Positions 25,212-33,321 of a stretch of DNA of 34,176 nt are shown in pieces. Source of the DNA: Acidimicrobiaceae bacterium (GTDB lineage: Bacteria; Actinomycetota; Acidimicrobiia; Acidimicrobiales; Palsa-688). The stretch's first letter is position 1, and each line of letters opens with the position of its first letter. The position numbers and the translations under genes are program-made. Under the pieces are notes generated by a model, which did no database searches, was not told where the DNA came from, and saw nothing but the letters and a program-made list of their open reading frames with translations. Location of the stretch: positions 366 through 34,541 of the forward strand of contig PMHU01000182.1 of the NCBI GenBank assembly GCA_003156795.1, in the 5' to 3' direction.

Positions 25212-28200
25212 TCAGGTCGTCGGAGGCGGGGCGACCTCGCCTTGCAGGACCGTCCCCACCCGACCGGCTCCAAGAAGAGCCTCGTAGCCGTTGGACAGGG
25301 AGGCGATCGCAAAGCACTCGCCCGTGGTTGGACAGGCGATCGCGGTTATCCCGGTGACGCCCACGGGGATGGGTTGGGCGGCCCAGTCGCCCGTTGAGAC
25401 AGGGCGAGTAGGGACGGCAGAGCGGGCGATGGAAGTCGTGGCCGTCGTCGATGCCGCGGTGGTCGACGTGCTGCTCAACACGCCGGCGGCGGCCGTCAAG
25501 TGGAGCGTTCTGTACATCTCGGTCACCGTCGTATTCGAGGCGGAGGAGCCGGCAGGCACGAACTGGCCGGCCAGCCAACACACCTTCGTGGTGACGCACT
25601 CAATGGCGGTCAGGGCCCGCACGCCGGCGGGGATGGCGACGTCCTGCCAGGCGGCCACCCCAGAGGAATCGATGGTCCCATCTAGCAGTTGAGGGCCCGA
25701 CGCTCCCGTGGCCAGGAGCAGACACTGTGAGGGTCGCGGGCAGGTGATCGCTCCGACGTCCTGGGTGCCGAACGGCACAGGGAGCGTCGCCCACGTGGAT
25801 CCAGACCGGCGCAGCACCTCGGGTTGGCCGTTGACCTGAACGCTGACCAGGCAGATCGTCGGTTGGGGGCAGGCCAGACCGGTCACCGACTGGACGCCGG
25901 CGGGCAGCGGGATCGTCACCGGGTTGCCGGGGCCGGACAGTTGGAGCCGCACTACGGTGGCCCGGTTGGCGGAGGTGGTGTTGCCGGCGGCCACGCACGC
26001 GGCGGAGGTGCACGACAGCTCAGCTAGACCGCCGATTGCCGGGTCGCTCGCCTCGATGGTCGAGTAGCCCCCTCCGGGCGCCAGGCCGACGAGCACCCCC
26101 ATGGGGCTGCTGGTGGGCAGGATGAAAGCCCCCAGGTGGTTTCTCGTCAGGTCGGGGAAGGCGCCCGAGGCGTAGCAGTCCGTGGCGGTAAGACACGAGA
26201 GGGCCGACACCGTCAGCTTGGGCCCATAGAAGTCCACGGCCCAGCCGCTCCCCCCGTCGGTCGTGAAACCTACGCCGCTCTGGCCCGAGAGCCAACAGCC
26301 CGCGGCGCCGGGACAGTAGATGTCGGGGACGAACGGCATGGTCTCCGGGGCGAGATGAACGGCCCACGTGACCCCCCCGTCAGCCGTGGACAGGAAGTAC
26401 GGCGAGCCGCTCGAGCTCTCGAGACCGCCCCACTCGACCGTCCCGTCGACCAAGCAGGATGTCGGCGTCCAGCAGGATACGGAGTCGAAGCCGTACGGCT
26501 GGGGAAATGACGGGAAGGCCACGCGCGACCAGGTCGCGCCCCCGTCGGTGGTCCGGTTGATCGTGCCGATCTGGCTCTGCAAGCTGTTGGTGTACTCGCC
26601 GACGACCCAGCAGACGCTGGCGTTGACGCAGTCGACGGAAGCTGCGGTATAGAGCAGGCCCGGCAGGCCAACGGACGTCCACGTGGCACCGGAGTCGTGG
26701 GTGGCCTCGGCCGTCCCGTCGGCGATCCCCACGCACGAATCGGCCGTGGAGCAGGAGATGGTGGTGATGGGTCCTGACCCGTTGGGCGTCGGGACTTGCG
26801 TCCACTGGCCCCCACCCGAGTTCTTGAAAAGGCCGGATCTGGATGCGGCCCAACACTCGGTGGCGCCGGGTACGCAGCTGACTCCAGTAAACGCTCCTGT
26901 CCCCGAAGGGAGCGAAGCGGCCCGCCAGGTGAGGCCGCCGTCGGCCGTGGCGAGAGCGGTGGCGTCGCCGGACGACGTCGCTCCGACCGCGATGCAATAG
27001 GTGTCGGAGGCGCAAGAGATGTCGGCGATGGTCCCGCCGCCGGCGGGAATTTGGGACAAGGTCCGCTGCCCGCCAGGTCCGAGGATCAGGATGGCTGAGC
27101 CGAGGTCGACCCAGCAGTGGGTGGCGTCCGGACAGGTGACCTCGGTCGCCTGGCCTGACCCGGACACGGTGGTGAAGGCGCCGGCGACAGCGGCCGGAGA
27201 CCCGATCAAAGACAAGGCGGTCGCCACCCCGCCGACGACGGCGACGGTCGCGACAGCAGACACCGGGTGGGCGGTAGCGGCGTGGTGGACGCGCGACGCC
27301 AACCGCCGGATGCGGCGAAGACGCCCGCTGGTCGGAATCGAGGGGCCGGCGGACGCAGCTGCGCTGGACCCGCCGGCCAGTTCTGTAGCGCCGGCGCTCA
27401 GGGCTCCGATCACGGCGCCGGCCACGGCCGCGAGGGACGCCCGCCTGCGCCAGTCGGGTCCGTAGCCGGCTTCGGCCGCCTCGCCCAGTTCGGCGAGAAA
27501 CTCTTCAGCCGTCGCGGGCCGGTCCCCTGGACTCTTCGACAACGAGCGGGCGACCAGATCTCCGACTGGATCCGGTACGCCGTGCAGGCGCGGCGGCGGA
27601 GAGTCCCGGTGGGCGGCGGCCACCGCCCCGGCGGTGCCGACAAATGGCGGCCGGCCGGTCAGGAGCTCGTAGAGGATCAGGCCGGCGGCGTAGACGTCGG
27701 AGCGGGCGTCGACCGGTTCGTCACGGAGCGCTTCGGGAGAGGCGTAGGCGGGGGTGCCACCAGACGGCTTGGAGCCGGTTGGGCCGGCCTGGCCGAAGTC
27801 GACGAGCTTGGATACGCCTTCTTCGGTGACGATCACGTTCTCGGGCTTGAGGTCGCCGTGGACGACCCCCAGCCGGTGGGCCGCGGCGAGCCCTGACAGG
27901 GCCCCGGCCAGGACGCCGAGGGACTGTTCGGGGGTGAGGCGTCGTCCGTCCTTCACGACTTCGCGCAGCGGTGCGCCGGGCACGTACTGCATGACCAGAT
28001 AGGCCCCGCCGTCCCGTTCGACGTAGTCGTAGACGTCCACCAGGTTCTCGTCGTCGAACTGGGTCATGAGGCGGGCTTCGGCTCGGAAGCGCTCCCGGAA
28101 CCCGGGTGCATCCAAGCGCCATGCTGCGAGCACCTTGACCGCCACGTCTCGGTCGGTCGAGGACTGGCGAGCCAAGTAGACGGTGCCGGTGGTGCCCGAT

Positions 28201-28265
28201 CCGAGGACCCGGCTGAATTCGTAGCCTGGAAGGAACGGAAGGTCGTCCGTCCTGGTGCCCGACAT
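25212..28265 (-). CDS. Receptor-type Ser/Thr protein kinase (non-RD, HGD) with TM segment(s) and a large Asp-box (BNR)/Cys-pair beta-propeller ectodomain
   Basis: Kinase motifs: LGSGTTGTVYLA, VAVKVL, VVHGDLKPENVIV, VDFGQA, TPAYASPE. Hydrophobic segments: ASLAAVAGAVIGALSAG and VSAVATVAVVGGVATALSLIG. The ectodomain has Asp-boxes (TADGGLTW, THDSGATW, TTDGGATW, TADGGVTW, TTDGGSGW) and 13 C-x(4-6)-C motifs. The preferred start is the ATG at 28265 (GAGGGGG lies 6 nt upstream). An alternative ATG at 28310 sits 1 nt after the upstream stop. Confidence 0.9.
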   Translation of the reverse strand: MSGTRTDDLPFLPGYEFSRVLGSGTTGTVYLARQSSTDRDVAVKVLAAWRLDAPGFRERFRAEARLMTQFDDENLVDVYDYVERDGGAYLVMQYVPGAPLREVVKDGRRLTPEQSLGVLAGALSGLAAAHRLGVVHGDLKPENVIVTEEGVSKLVDFGQAGPTGSKPSGGTPAYASPEALRDEPVDARSDVYAAGLILYELLTGRPPFVGTAGAVAAAHRDSPPPRLHGVPDPVGDLVARSLSKSPGDRPATAEEFLAELGEAAEAGYGPDWRRRASLAAVAGAVIGALSAGATELAGGSSAAASAGPSIPTSGRLRRIRRLASRVHHAATAHPVSAVATVAVVGGVATALSLIGSPAAVAGAFTTVSGSGQATEVTCPDATHCWVDLGSAILILGPGGQRTLSQIPAGGGTIADISCASDTYCIAVGATSSGDATALATADGGLTWRAASLPSGTGAFTGVSCVPGATECWAASRSGLFKNSGGGQWTQVPTPNGSGPITTISCSTADSCVGIADGTAEATHDSGATWTSVGLPGLLYTAASVDCVNASVCWVVGEYTNSLQSQIGTINRTTDGGATWSRVAFPSFPQPYGFDSVSCWTPTSCLVDGTVEWGGLESSSGSPYFLSTADGGVTWAVHLAPETMPFVPDIYCPGAAGCWLSGQSGVGFTTDGGSGWAVDFYGPKLTVSALSCLTATDCYASGAFPDLTRNHLGAFILPTSSPMGVLVGLAPGGGYSTIEASDPAIGGLAELSCTSAACVAAGNTTSANRATVVRLQLSGPGNPVTIPLPAGVQSVTGLACPQPTICLVSVQVNGQPEVLRRSGSTWATLPVPFGTQDVGAITCPRPSQCLLLATGASGPQLLDGTIDSSGVAAWQDVAIPAGVRALTAIECVTTKVCWLAGQFVPAGSSASNTTVTEMYRTLHLTAAAGVLSSTSTTAASTTATTSIARSAVPTRPVSTGDWAAQPIPVGVTGITAIACPTTGECFAIASLSNGYEALLGAGRVGTVLQGEVAPPPTT

Positions 28266-28311
28266 GCCCAACCCCCTCGCTGCCCCTCCGTCTCGCCAGC
28301 TGCCGGCCATG

Positions 28312-29622
28312 CTAGGCCGCGGCCAGTTCGGGTTCCCGAGCGAGGCCCAGGATCGGGGCGATGTCGCCGAGCACATCGAAGTCGGGGCTAAGGGTCCGGC
28401 ACAGCCCGCTGATGTACAGCATCTGCTTGAAGAAGGCCACGAGTGACTCCGGCAGGGCGAAGCCGTTGCGGGATGCGAGTTGGAGGATGGCGCCGATCGC
28501 GTCTCGCACGTCGATGCCGGCGAGCGGCTTGTCGATGAACTCACCAATCAGAGCCTGGACTTGAGGTATCACCGAGGTCAGGTCGATGCCGCTCGGATCG
28601 ACGATCTGGAACATGGCCATGACCGCGTCGCCGAAGCGCCCTTCGGCTAGAGCGGCGAGAAGGTCGGAGGTGGCGGGCCTGACGATGTCGTCGAGGTGGG
28701 CGATCACTCCGAAGTCGAGCAGTCCCAACCGGCCGTCGTCGAGCACGAGCATGTTGCCAGGGTGCATGTCGGCATGGAAGACACCGCTTCCGAGGGCTGG
28801 TACGAGGAGGGCGGATATGACCGACTCGACCACGTGTGAACGGTCGATGCCGAGTCCCTCGACGGCCTCGACGTCGTCGGCGCGAGCGCCTCGCAGCCGC
28901 TCCATCACCAGTACCCGTTCGGTGGACAGCTCTTCGTACACGGCGGGGACTTTCACCGGCAGGAAAGATAGGGCGAGCGCCATCCCCCGCGCGTTGGCGG
29001 CCTCGCCGCGGAACGAGAGCTGCTCCTCGAGCCCCCGAGCGAAGTCGTCCACCAGAGCCATGGGGTTGGCGGCCGCGCAAGCCGACGAAAAGCGGGCGGC
29101 CAGCCTCGCCGCGGTGCGGAGCAGGCGGATGTCCTCGGACAAGAGCTTCTCCAAACCAGGGCGCTGCACCTTGACCACGACCGGGGTTCCGTCTGCGAGC
29201 CGGGCGGTATGCACTTGGGCCATGGACCCGGCGGCGAGCGGCTCGGGGTCAACGTCGACGAGTTCGGCGCGGTTGGCGCCCAACTCTTCGGCCAGCAGTT
29301 CGGACACCGACCGCCAAGGCGCGGGTGGAACGTCGTCGCGACAGTGGGCCATCTCGTTCACCCACGTCTGGGAGAGGGGACCGGCCGAGGAGGACATCAG
29401 CTGGCCGGCCTTCACGAAGGTCGGGCCCAGGCGCTCGAACGCCTTTCTAACTCGGTGGGCGAGGAGGGCATCGGCGTCCGCCCCCCGCCGGGTCAGGCGG
29501 TCGAGAGCGGTTCCGACCACGATCCTGGCCGCGGCCAGGGCGAGGGCGATCACCCGGGTGAGGGGGAGTCCGGACCGGTTGAAAGGGTGGCTGGCGGGAG
29601 GCTTGGTCACGTTCCTAAGCAT
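28312..29622 (-). CDS. ABC1/UbiB-family atypical protein kinase
   Basis: LGPTFVKAGQLMSS, AAGSMAQVHTARL, VVKVQRPG, GVFHADMHPGNMLV, LGLLDFGVIA. The ATG at 29622 gives MLRNVTKPP.... The longer ORF up to 29865 would overlap the divergent FHA gene. Confidence 0.9.
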   Translation of the reverse strand: MLRNVTKPPASHPFNRSGLPLTRVIALALAAARIVVGTALDRLTRRGADADALLAHRVRKAFERLGPTFVKAGQLMSSSAGPLSQTWVNEMAHCRDDVPPAPWRSVSELLAEELGANRAELVDVDPEPLAAGSMAQVHTARLADGTPVVVKVQRPGLEKLLSEDIRLLRTAARLAARFSSACAAANPMALVDDFARGLEEQLSFRGEAANARGMALALSFLPVKVPAVYEELSTERVLVMERLRGARADDVEAVEGLGIDRSHVVESVISALLVPALGSGVFHADMHPGNMLVLDDGRLGLLDFGVIAHLDDIVRPATSDLLAALAEGRFGDAVMAMFQIVDPSGIDLTSVIPQVQALIGEFIDKPLAGIDVRDAIGAILQLASRNGFALPESLVAFFKQMLYISGLCRTLSPDFDVLGDIAPILGLAREPELAAA

Positions 29623-29706
29623 GAATAGGCAGGGGTCGCCGAAGAACCGCCGCGAAGGGGGTCGTTCTCGGCGCCGGCGGGGGTCTTTCCCCCCGCCCTG
29701 GAGGGG

Positions 29707-30357
29707 GTGCGCCGCTACCATCGGCGGACGGTGGATGCCTTCCTCGAACCACGCGGGTCGGCGGCGGCCGGGATCGTCGCCCTGACCAAGGACCGCACCA
29801 CCATCGGCCGGGCCGCCGAGGCGGACTTGAGCCTGGAGTCGGACGGAACCGTTTCGAGGTTGCACTCGGCGATCGAGCGCTATCCCGGCGGCTGGGTGCT
29901 CAGGGACTTGGGTTCGTCGAACGGGACGTTCGTCAACGGCGAGCGCGTCGTCGGCGACCGTCCCCTCAATTCAGGCGACGAAGTCAGGGTGGGATCGTGC
30001 GTGTTCCTTTTTCACAGCGGAAGCGGCCAGGTCGACGAGTTGGAGACGGTGCAGGGGAGCCCGCCGCCAGTTCTGACCAGGCGGGAACACGAGGTGCTGG
30101 TCGAGCTGTGCCGGCCGCTCGTCGACCGGACGACCGCTTTCGGCCGGCCCAGCTCGGTCGCGGAGATCGCGGCGCGCCTGTACATCGGGCAGGCGACGGT
30201 CAAGTTCCACTTGGACAACCTGTTTGACAAGTTCGGTTTGTTGGAGCCGGGGGAAGGGCGCCGGTTGGCCCTGGCCAACGACGCGCTACGCCGCGGGGCC
30301 GTCAGCTTGGCCGAACTTCGCCAGGCGTCCGGGTCCGGCGGGGGCTCCATCCCCTGA
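29707..30357 (+). CDS. FHA domain / LuxR(GerE)-type HTH fusion regulator
   Basis: FHA domain: TIGRAAEADLSLESDGTVSRLHSAIERYPGGWVLRDLGSSNGTFVNGERV...GDEVRVGSCVFLF. C-terminal HTH: LTRREHEVLVELC...SVAEIAARLYIGQATVKFHLDNLFDKFGL. The GTG start at 29707 follows GGAGGGG; an alternative GTG is at 29731. Confidence 0.85.
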   Translation: MRRYHRRTVDAFLEPRGSAAAGIVALTKDRTTIGRAAEADLSLESDGTVSRLHSAIERYPGGWVLRDLGSSNGTFVNGERVVGDRPLNSGDEVRVGSCVFLFHSGSGQVDELETVQGSPPPVLTRREHEVLVELCRPLVDRTTAFGRPSSVAEIAARLYIGQATVKFHLDNLFDKFGLLEPGEGRRLALANDALRRGAVSLAELRQASGSGGGSIP

Positions 30358-30377
30358 GCGGGATAACCCGCCCGCCC

Positions 30378-31868
30378 ATGACCATCGCCGCCAAGGAGCT
30401 CGACCGGCTGAGAGAAGCCGGCTACGTGGTGGAGGACGAGATCGGGAGGGGAGCGTCGGGGGTCGTGTACCTCGCCACTCAGCAGCTGCTGGCCCGGCGG
30501 GTCGCGCTCAAGCGCGTCGGGTTCGACCCGGCCGCCGGGGAGACGGTGCGGAGGCGCCTCGACACGGAAGTGGCGGCGCTGGTGGCGCTGGAGCACCCAG
30601 GGGTGGTTCGCCTCATGGATGTGCAGAGGTATCCAGGGGCGCTGTGGTTCGTGATGGAGTACGTCAACGGACCGTCGCTCCGACAGGTCCTGGACTCGAC
30701 CACCTCCGGTGTCAGGCCACCTGAAGCGCTGCGAATATTGGAGGAGCTGACCGGAGTCCTGGACCACCTGGCCAGCCGCGGGATCGTCCACCGGGACCTG
30801 AAGCCGGCCAACGTGTTCCTCACCGCGGACGGGCGGACCAAGGTCGGCGACTTCGGAATCGCCCTCGTCCATGCGCCGGAGGGAACGGCCGACGCCCTGG
30901 GCCGTCTGACCCAGCCGGGGGTCGTCATCGGGACTCCGGCCTACCTCTCGCCCGAGCAAGCCGGCGGCCGCGACGAGCTCGGGAGTGCGTCGGACCTGTA
31001 CAGCTTGGGCGTGATGGCGTACGAGCTCTTGGTAGGGCGCGTCCCGTTTTCCAGCCCCGGCAACGTCCTCGCCCTCCTGGCCGCCCAGGAGACCGAGCCA
31101 CCTCCAGCCCCGCGCAGCATCCGGCCGGAGCTGAGCCGGGCGGTCGAGGCGGCGCTCCTCGGCCCGCTGGCCAAGGCCCCATCCGACCGGCCTCCGAGCG
31201 CAGGGGCTTTCTGGTCGCAGCTCGAACTGGCGGCCGAGGAGGCGTGGCCCCGATGGCGAGCGTCGGCAGACACCGTGGCCCTGTCCGGTCGCTTGGCCAG
31301 GGGGAGCCGCCCAGTGCGGGCCACCGGGGCCCAGGACGACGCCACCGTAGGGGCGACGGGCGACGGCCTGGCGGCAGAGTCAGTGGTGGCTTCGAGCGGG
31401 CCGGCGTCCGCCGAGCGCGGCGACGAGCCGCAGCCGCCGCCCCGAGTGGATGCACGCCCCCCGCCCAAGCGCGGCGGCGCCCAGAGGTGGGCGCTCCCGG
31501 CGGTCGTGTTCGTGGTCGCGGTGGTGGGGGGCTTCCTAGCGGTCCGGGCCGTGACGGCCAAAGGCGCCGCGGGGCTGAGGGTCGCCTCGATGAGCCTGGC
31601 CTTCCAGCCCGCTCCATCCGGGTGCGCAGTCGTCGCCCGCCTACAGACCAACGGCGTCCGGGGGCGGCTCAGGTACGAGTGGGCGGACGGTGGCGGTCCA
31701 CCGCCGGTCGAAGGTTCGTTGACGGTCAGCGGCCGACCGGTGGTGGTCGTCGACCATAACCTCGATGGCACGACCGCGGCCGGGCCGGCAGCCACGACCG
31801 TGACCTTTTCACTCCTGAGTCCGGGGCCGACGCGACGAGAGTCCCTCCCCGTGCCAGCGAGCTGCTGA
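30378..31868 (+). CDS. Ser/Thr protein kinase (RD type) with a single TM and a small extracytoplasmic domain
   Basis: IGRGASGVVYLA, VALKRV, IVHRDLKPANVFL, VGDFGIA, GTPAYLSPEQ, DLYSLGVMAYELL. TM helix: WALPAVVFVVAVVGGFLAVRAV. It starts 20 nt after the FHA-LuxR stop. Confidence 0.92.
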   Translation: MTIAAKELDRLREAGYVVEDEIGRGASGVVYLATQQLLARRVALKRVGFDPAAGETVRRRLDTEVAALVALEHPGVVRLMDVQRYPGALWFVMEYVNGPSLRQVLDSTTSGVRPPEALRILEELTGVLDHLASRGIVHRDLKPANVFLTADGRTKVGDFGIALVHAPEGTADALGRLTQPGVVIGTPAYLSPEQAGGRDELGSASDLYSLGVMAYELLVGRVPFSSPGNVLALLAAQETEPPPAPRSIRPELSRAVEAALLGPLAKAPSDRPPSAGAFWSQLELAAEEAWPRWRASADTVALSGRLARGSRPVRATGAQDDATVGATGDGLAAESVVASSGPASAERGDEPQPPPRVDARPPPKRGGAQRWALPAVVFVVAVVGGFLAVRAVTAKGAAGLRVASMSLAFQPAPSGCAVVARLQTNGVRGRLRYEWADGGGPPPVEGSLTVSGRPVVVVDHNLDGTTAAGPAATTVTFSLLSPGPTRRESLPVPASC

Positions 31869-31894
31869 CACTGGGAGGGACTCGAGCGGTCGGG

Positions 31895-32185
31895 TCAGGG
31901 ACGGCCGATGGAGCAGAGGATGACGAACTCGAGGATGACGGCGATGATGCCGAGCACTAGGCCGGCGGTGGCCACGCCTCGCTGGCCCTTGTCGGTGAGG
32001 GCGGCCCGGCCGCCGCGTACGCCGGTGAAGATCGCCGTCGCCGCAGTGGCCACGAACAACCATCCGCCCCAGCAAAAGATGACCGACACGATGCCGGCGA
32101 CGAGCGCCGCTACGGCCATGCCGTTGGTTCCACTGTTTCGGTCGGTCCCGGAGATGGCATTGGTTGGGATGGAATCGGTGTTCAT
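31895..32185 (-). CDS. DUF4190-like small membrane protein
   Basis: 96 aa with two long hydrophobic helices (MAVAALVAGIVSVIFCWGGWLFVATAATAIF and GVATAGLVLGIIAVILEFVIL) after a short polar N-terminus. This is the DUF4190 architecture. Confidence 0.7.
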   Translation of the reverse strand: MNTDSIPTNAISGTDRNSGTNGMAVAALVAGIVSVIFCWGGWLFVATAATAIFTGVRGGRAALTDKGQRGVATAGLVLGIIAVILEFVILCSIGRP

Positions 32186-32382
32186 GGCTGGTGTGTCTCC
32201 TTGTGGTTACCCGTTGCCCGTGTGGCAAACCGTGTTTCTAACCATGCGCCTCGGAAGGCCTCAGGGGTAACAGCGCGAAGGGGGGATTGTCCCGGCCGGG
32301 GCGGGGGGCGTTTCCTGTCTCCGGGGAGGGGGTCCTTGCCAGAGGGCGACGGTTGGGTGTTTCATCGGCTCCTGGAGGCAGA

Positions 32383-33288
32383 GTGTCAGACAGGTTGACG
32401 GGTGCGTTGTTGATAGCCACGACGCCACGGTCGGGCAGCTGGTTGCTGAGCGACTTTCTGGCGCGTACCGGCCAGGTTGGCGTGGGCCGGGAGTATTTTC
32501 ACGTCAACTACGTGGCCGCCATGTCCCACGAGCGCGGCCTGGCCACGACGCGAATAACGGAGGAGTACATCGGAGAGATCCTGCGTGAGGCATCGGACGC
32601 GGGAGTGTGCTTCGCGACCAAGCTGCACTGGTTGCAGATCAACCAGTTGGTAGACGCTTTACGGGTGATCCACCCGGAGCTGGCGGCGGCGAACGCGATG
32701 GCCACCGACCTGATCGAGGCCTCGCTGCCGGGGTCTCGCTACCTGTACCTGTCTCGGCGGGACAAAGCCCGCCAGGCCATCTCCATGTTTAGGGCCATGC
32801 GCACCGAAAGGTGGTGGGAGCTCGACGACGCTCCGACAGGCCCAGAGTCGACAGGCCCAGAGTTGACAGGCCCAGAGTCGGCGCCCTTCCCTGACTACCT
32901 GGCCATCCGATGGTTCGAGGATGGCCTGCGTAGCGAAGAGGCCGAGTGGGATCGCTACTTCCGAGTCTTCGGAATCGTCGCCCACCAGGTGGTGTACGAG
33001 GACTTGGTGGCCCAACCGCAGCGGGTGTTGCGGGGTGTTCTCGATTGGCTCGGCCTGGACCAAGTAGCACCGCCCGCGGGCCCGAGCCGCTTGCGTCGCC
33101 AAGCCGATACCGAAACCGAACGGATCCTCGCCGAGTACCTGCATATTCGCGACGACCTACCCTCCCGGCCCCCGGGTTGGCAGTGGTCGTTCCAGCGGGG
33201 CGGTTTCGGCTTTGCCGATCGGCAACCCGCCGCGGACGATGCCCGGATGGTGCCACCAACCGCGGTCAGCCACCTGTCACCGCTATAG
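32383..33288 (+). CDS. Stf0-family sulfotransferase (trehalose 2-sulfotransferase-like)
   Basis: LLIATTPRSGSWLLSDFLARTG (a PAPS 5'-phosphosulfate-binding loop of the PRSGS type), KLHWLQ, and RYLYLSRRDKARQAISMFRAMRTERWW resemble M. tuberculosis Stf0. The start could be the GTG at 32383 (GGAGG lies 4 nt upstream) or the TTG at 32395. Confidence 0.8.
   Translation: MSDRLTGALLIATTPRSGSWLLSDFLARTGQVGVGREYFHVNYVAAMSHERGLATTRITEEYIGEILREASDAGVCFATKLHWLQINQLVDALRVIHPELAAANAMATDLIEASLPGSRYLYLSRRDKARQAISMFRAMRTERWWELDDAPTGPESTGPELTGPESAPFPDYLAIRWFEDGLRSEEAEWDRYFRVFGIVAHQVVYEDLVAQPQRVLRGVLDWLGLDQVAPPAGPSRLRRQADTETERILAEYLHIRDDLPSRPPGWQWSFQRGGFGFADRQPAADDARMVPPTAVSHLSPL
32835..32879 (+). repeat. In-frame 15-bp tandem repeat (3 copies) inside the Stf0-like gene
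   Basis: gacaggcccagagtc / gacaggcccagagtt / gacaggcccagagtc, read directly from the sequence. It encodes TGPES-TGPEL-TGPES. Confidence 0.9.
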
Positions 33289-33321
33289 GCGGTACGTCAT
33301 CGGGCTATGGGGCCGCCTGGG

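Noticed and set aside
28266-28547. N-terminal 94-codon extension of the 1111-aa kinase ORF, which overlaps the 3' end of the ABC1 gene.
   Set aside because: The extension is Ser/Pro/Cys-rich with no kinase subdomain, and it overlaps 236 nt of the upstream gene. The ATG at 28265 has a good SD, and the kinase Gly-loop follows at the expected distance.
28586-29785. 399-aa plus-strand ORF antisense to the ABC1 kinase gene.
   Set aside because: Its Ser/Arg/Ala-rich product has no motifs and overlaps a gene with unambiguous ABC1 motifs. It is a GC-driven shadow ORF.
29623-29865. Upstream extension of the ABC1 ORF, which would start at 29865.
   Set aside because: It would overlap the divergent FHA-LuxR gene by ~160 nt and encodes Arg/Gly/Pro-rich sequence. 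The ATG at 29622 gives a normal ABC1 N-terminus.
32206-32271. Possible structured leader between the DUF4190 and Stf0-like genes: GTTACCC...GGGTAAC enclosing two small hairpins (TTGCC-cgtgt-GGCAA and GCCT-cgga-AGGC).
   Set aside because: The stems are short (4-7 bp), such pairings are common by chance in GC-rich DNA, and the fold matches no riboswitch or leader class I recognise. A covariance-model scan and conservation analysis would be needed.
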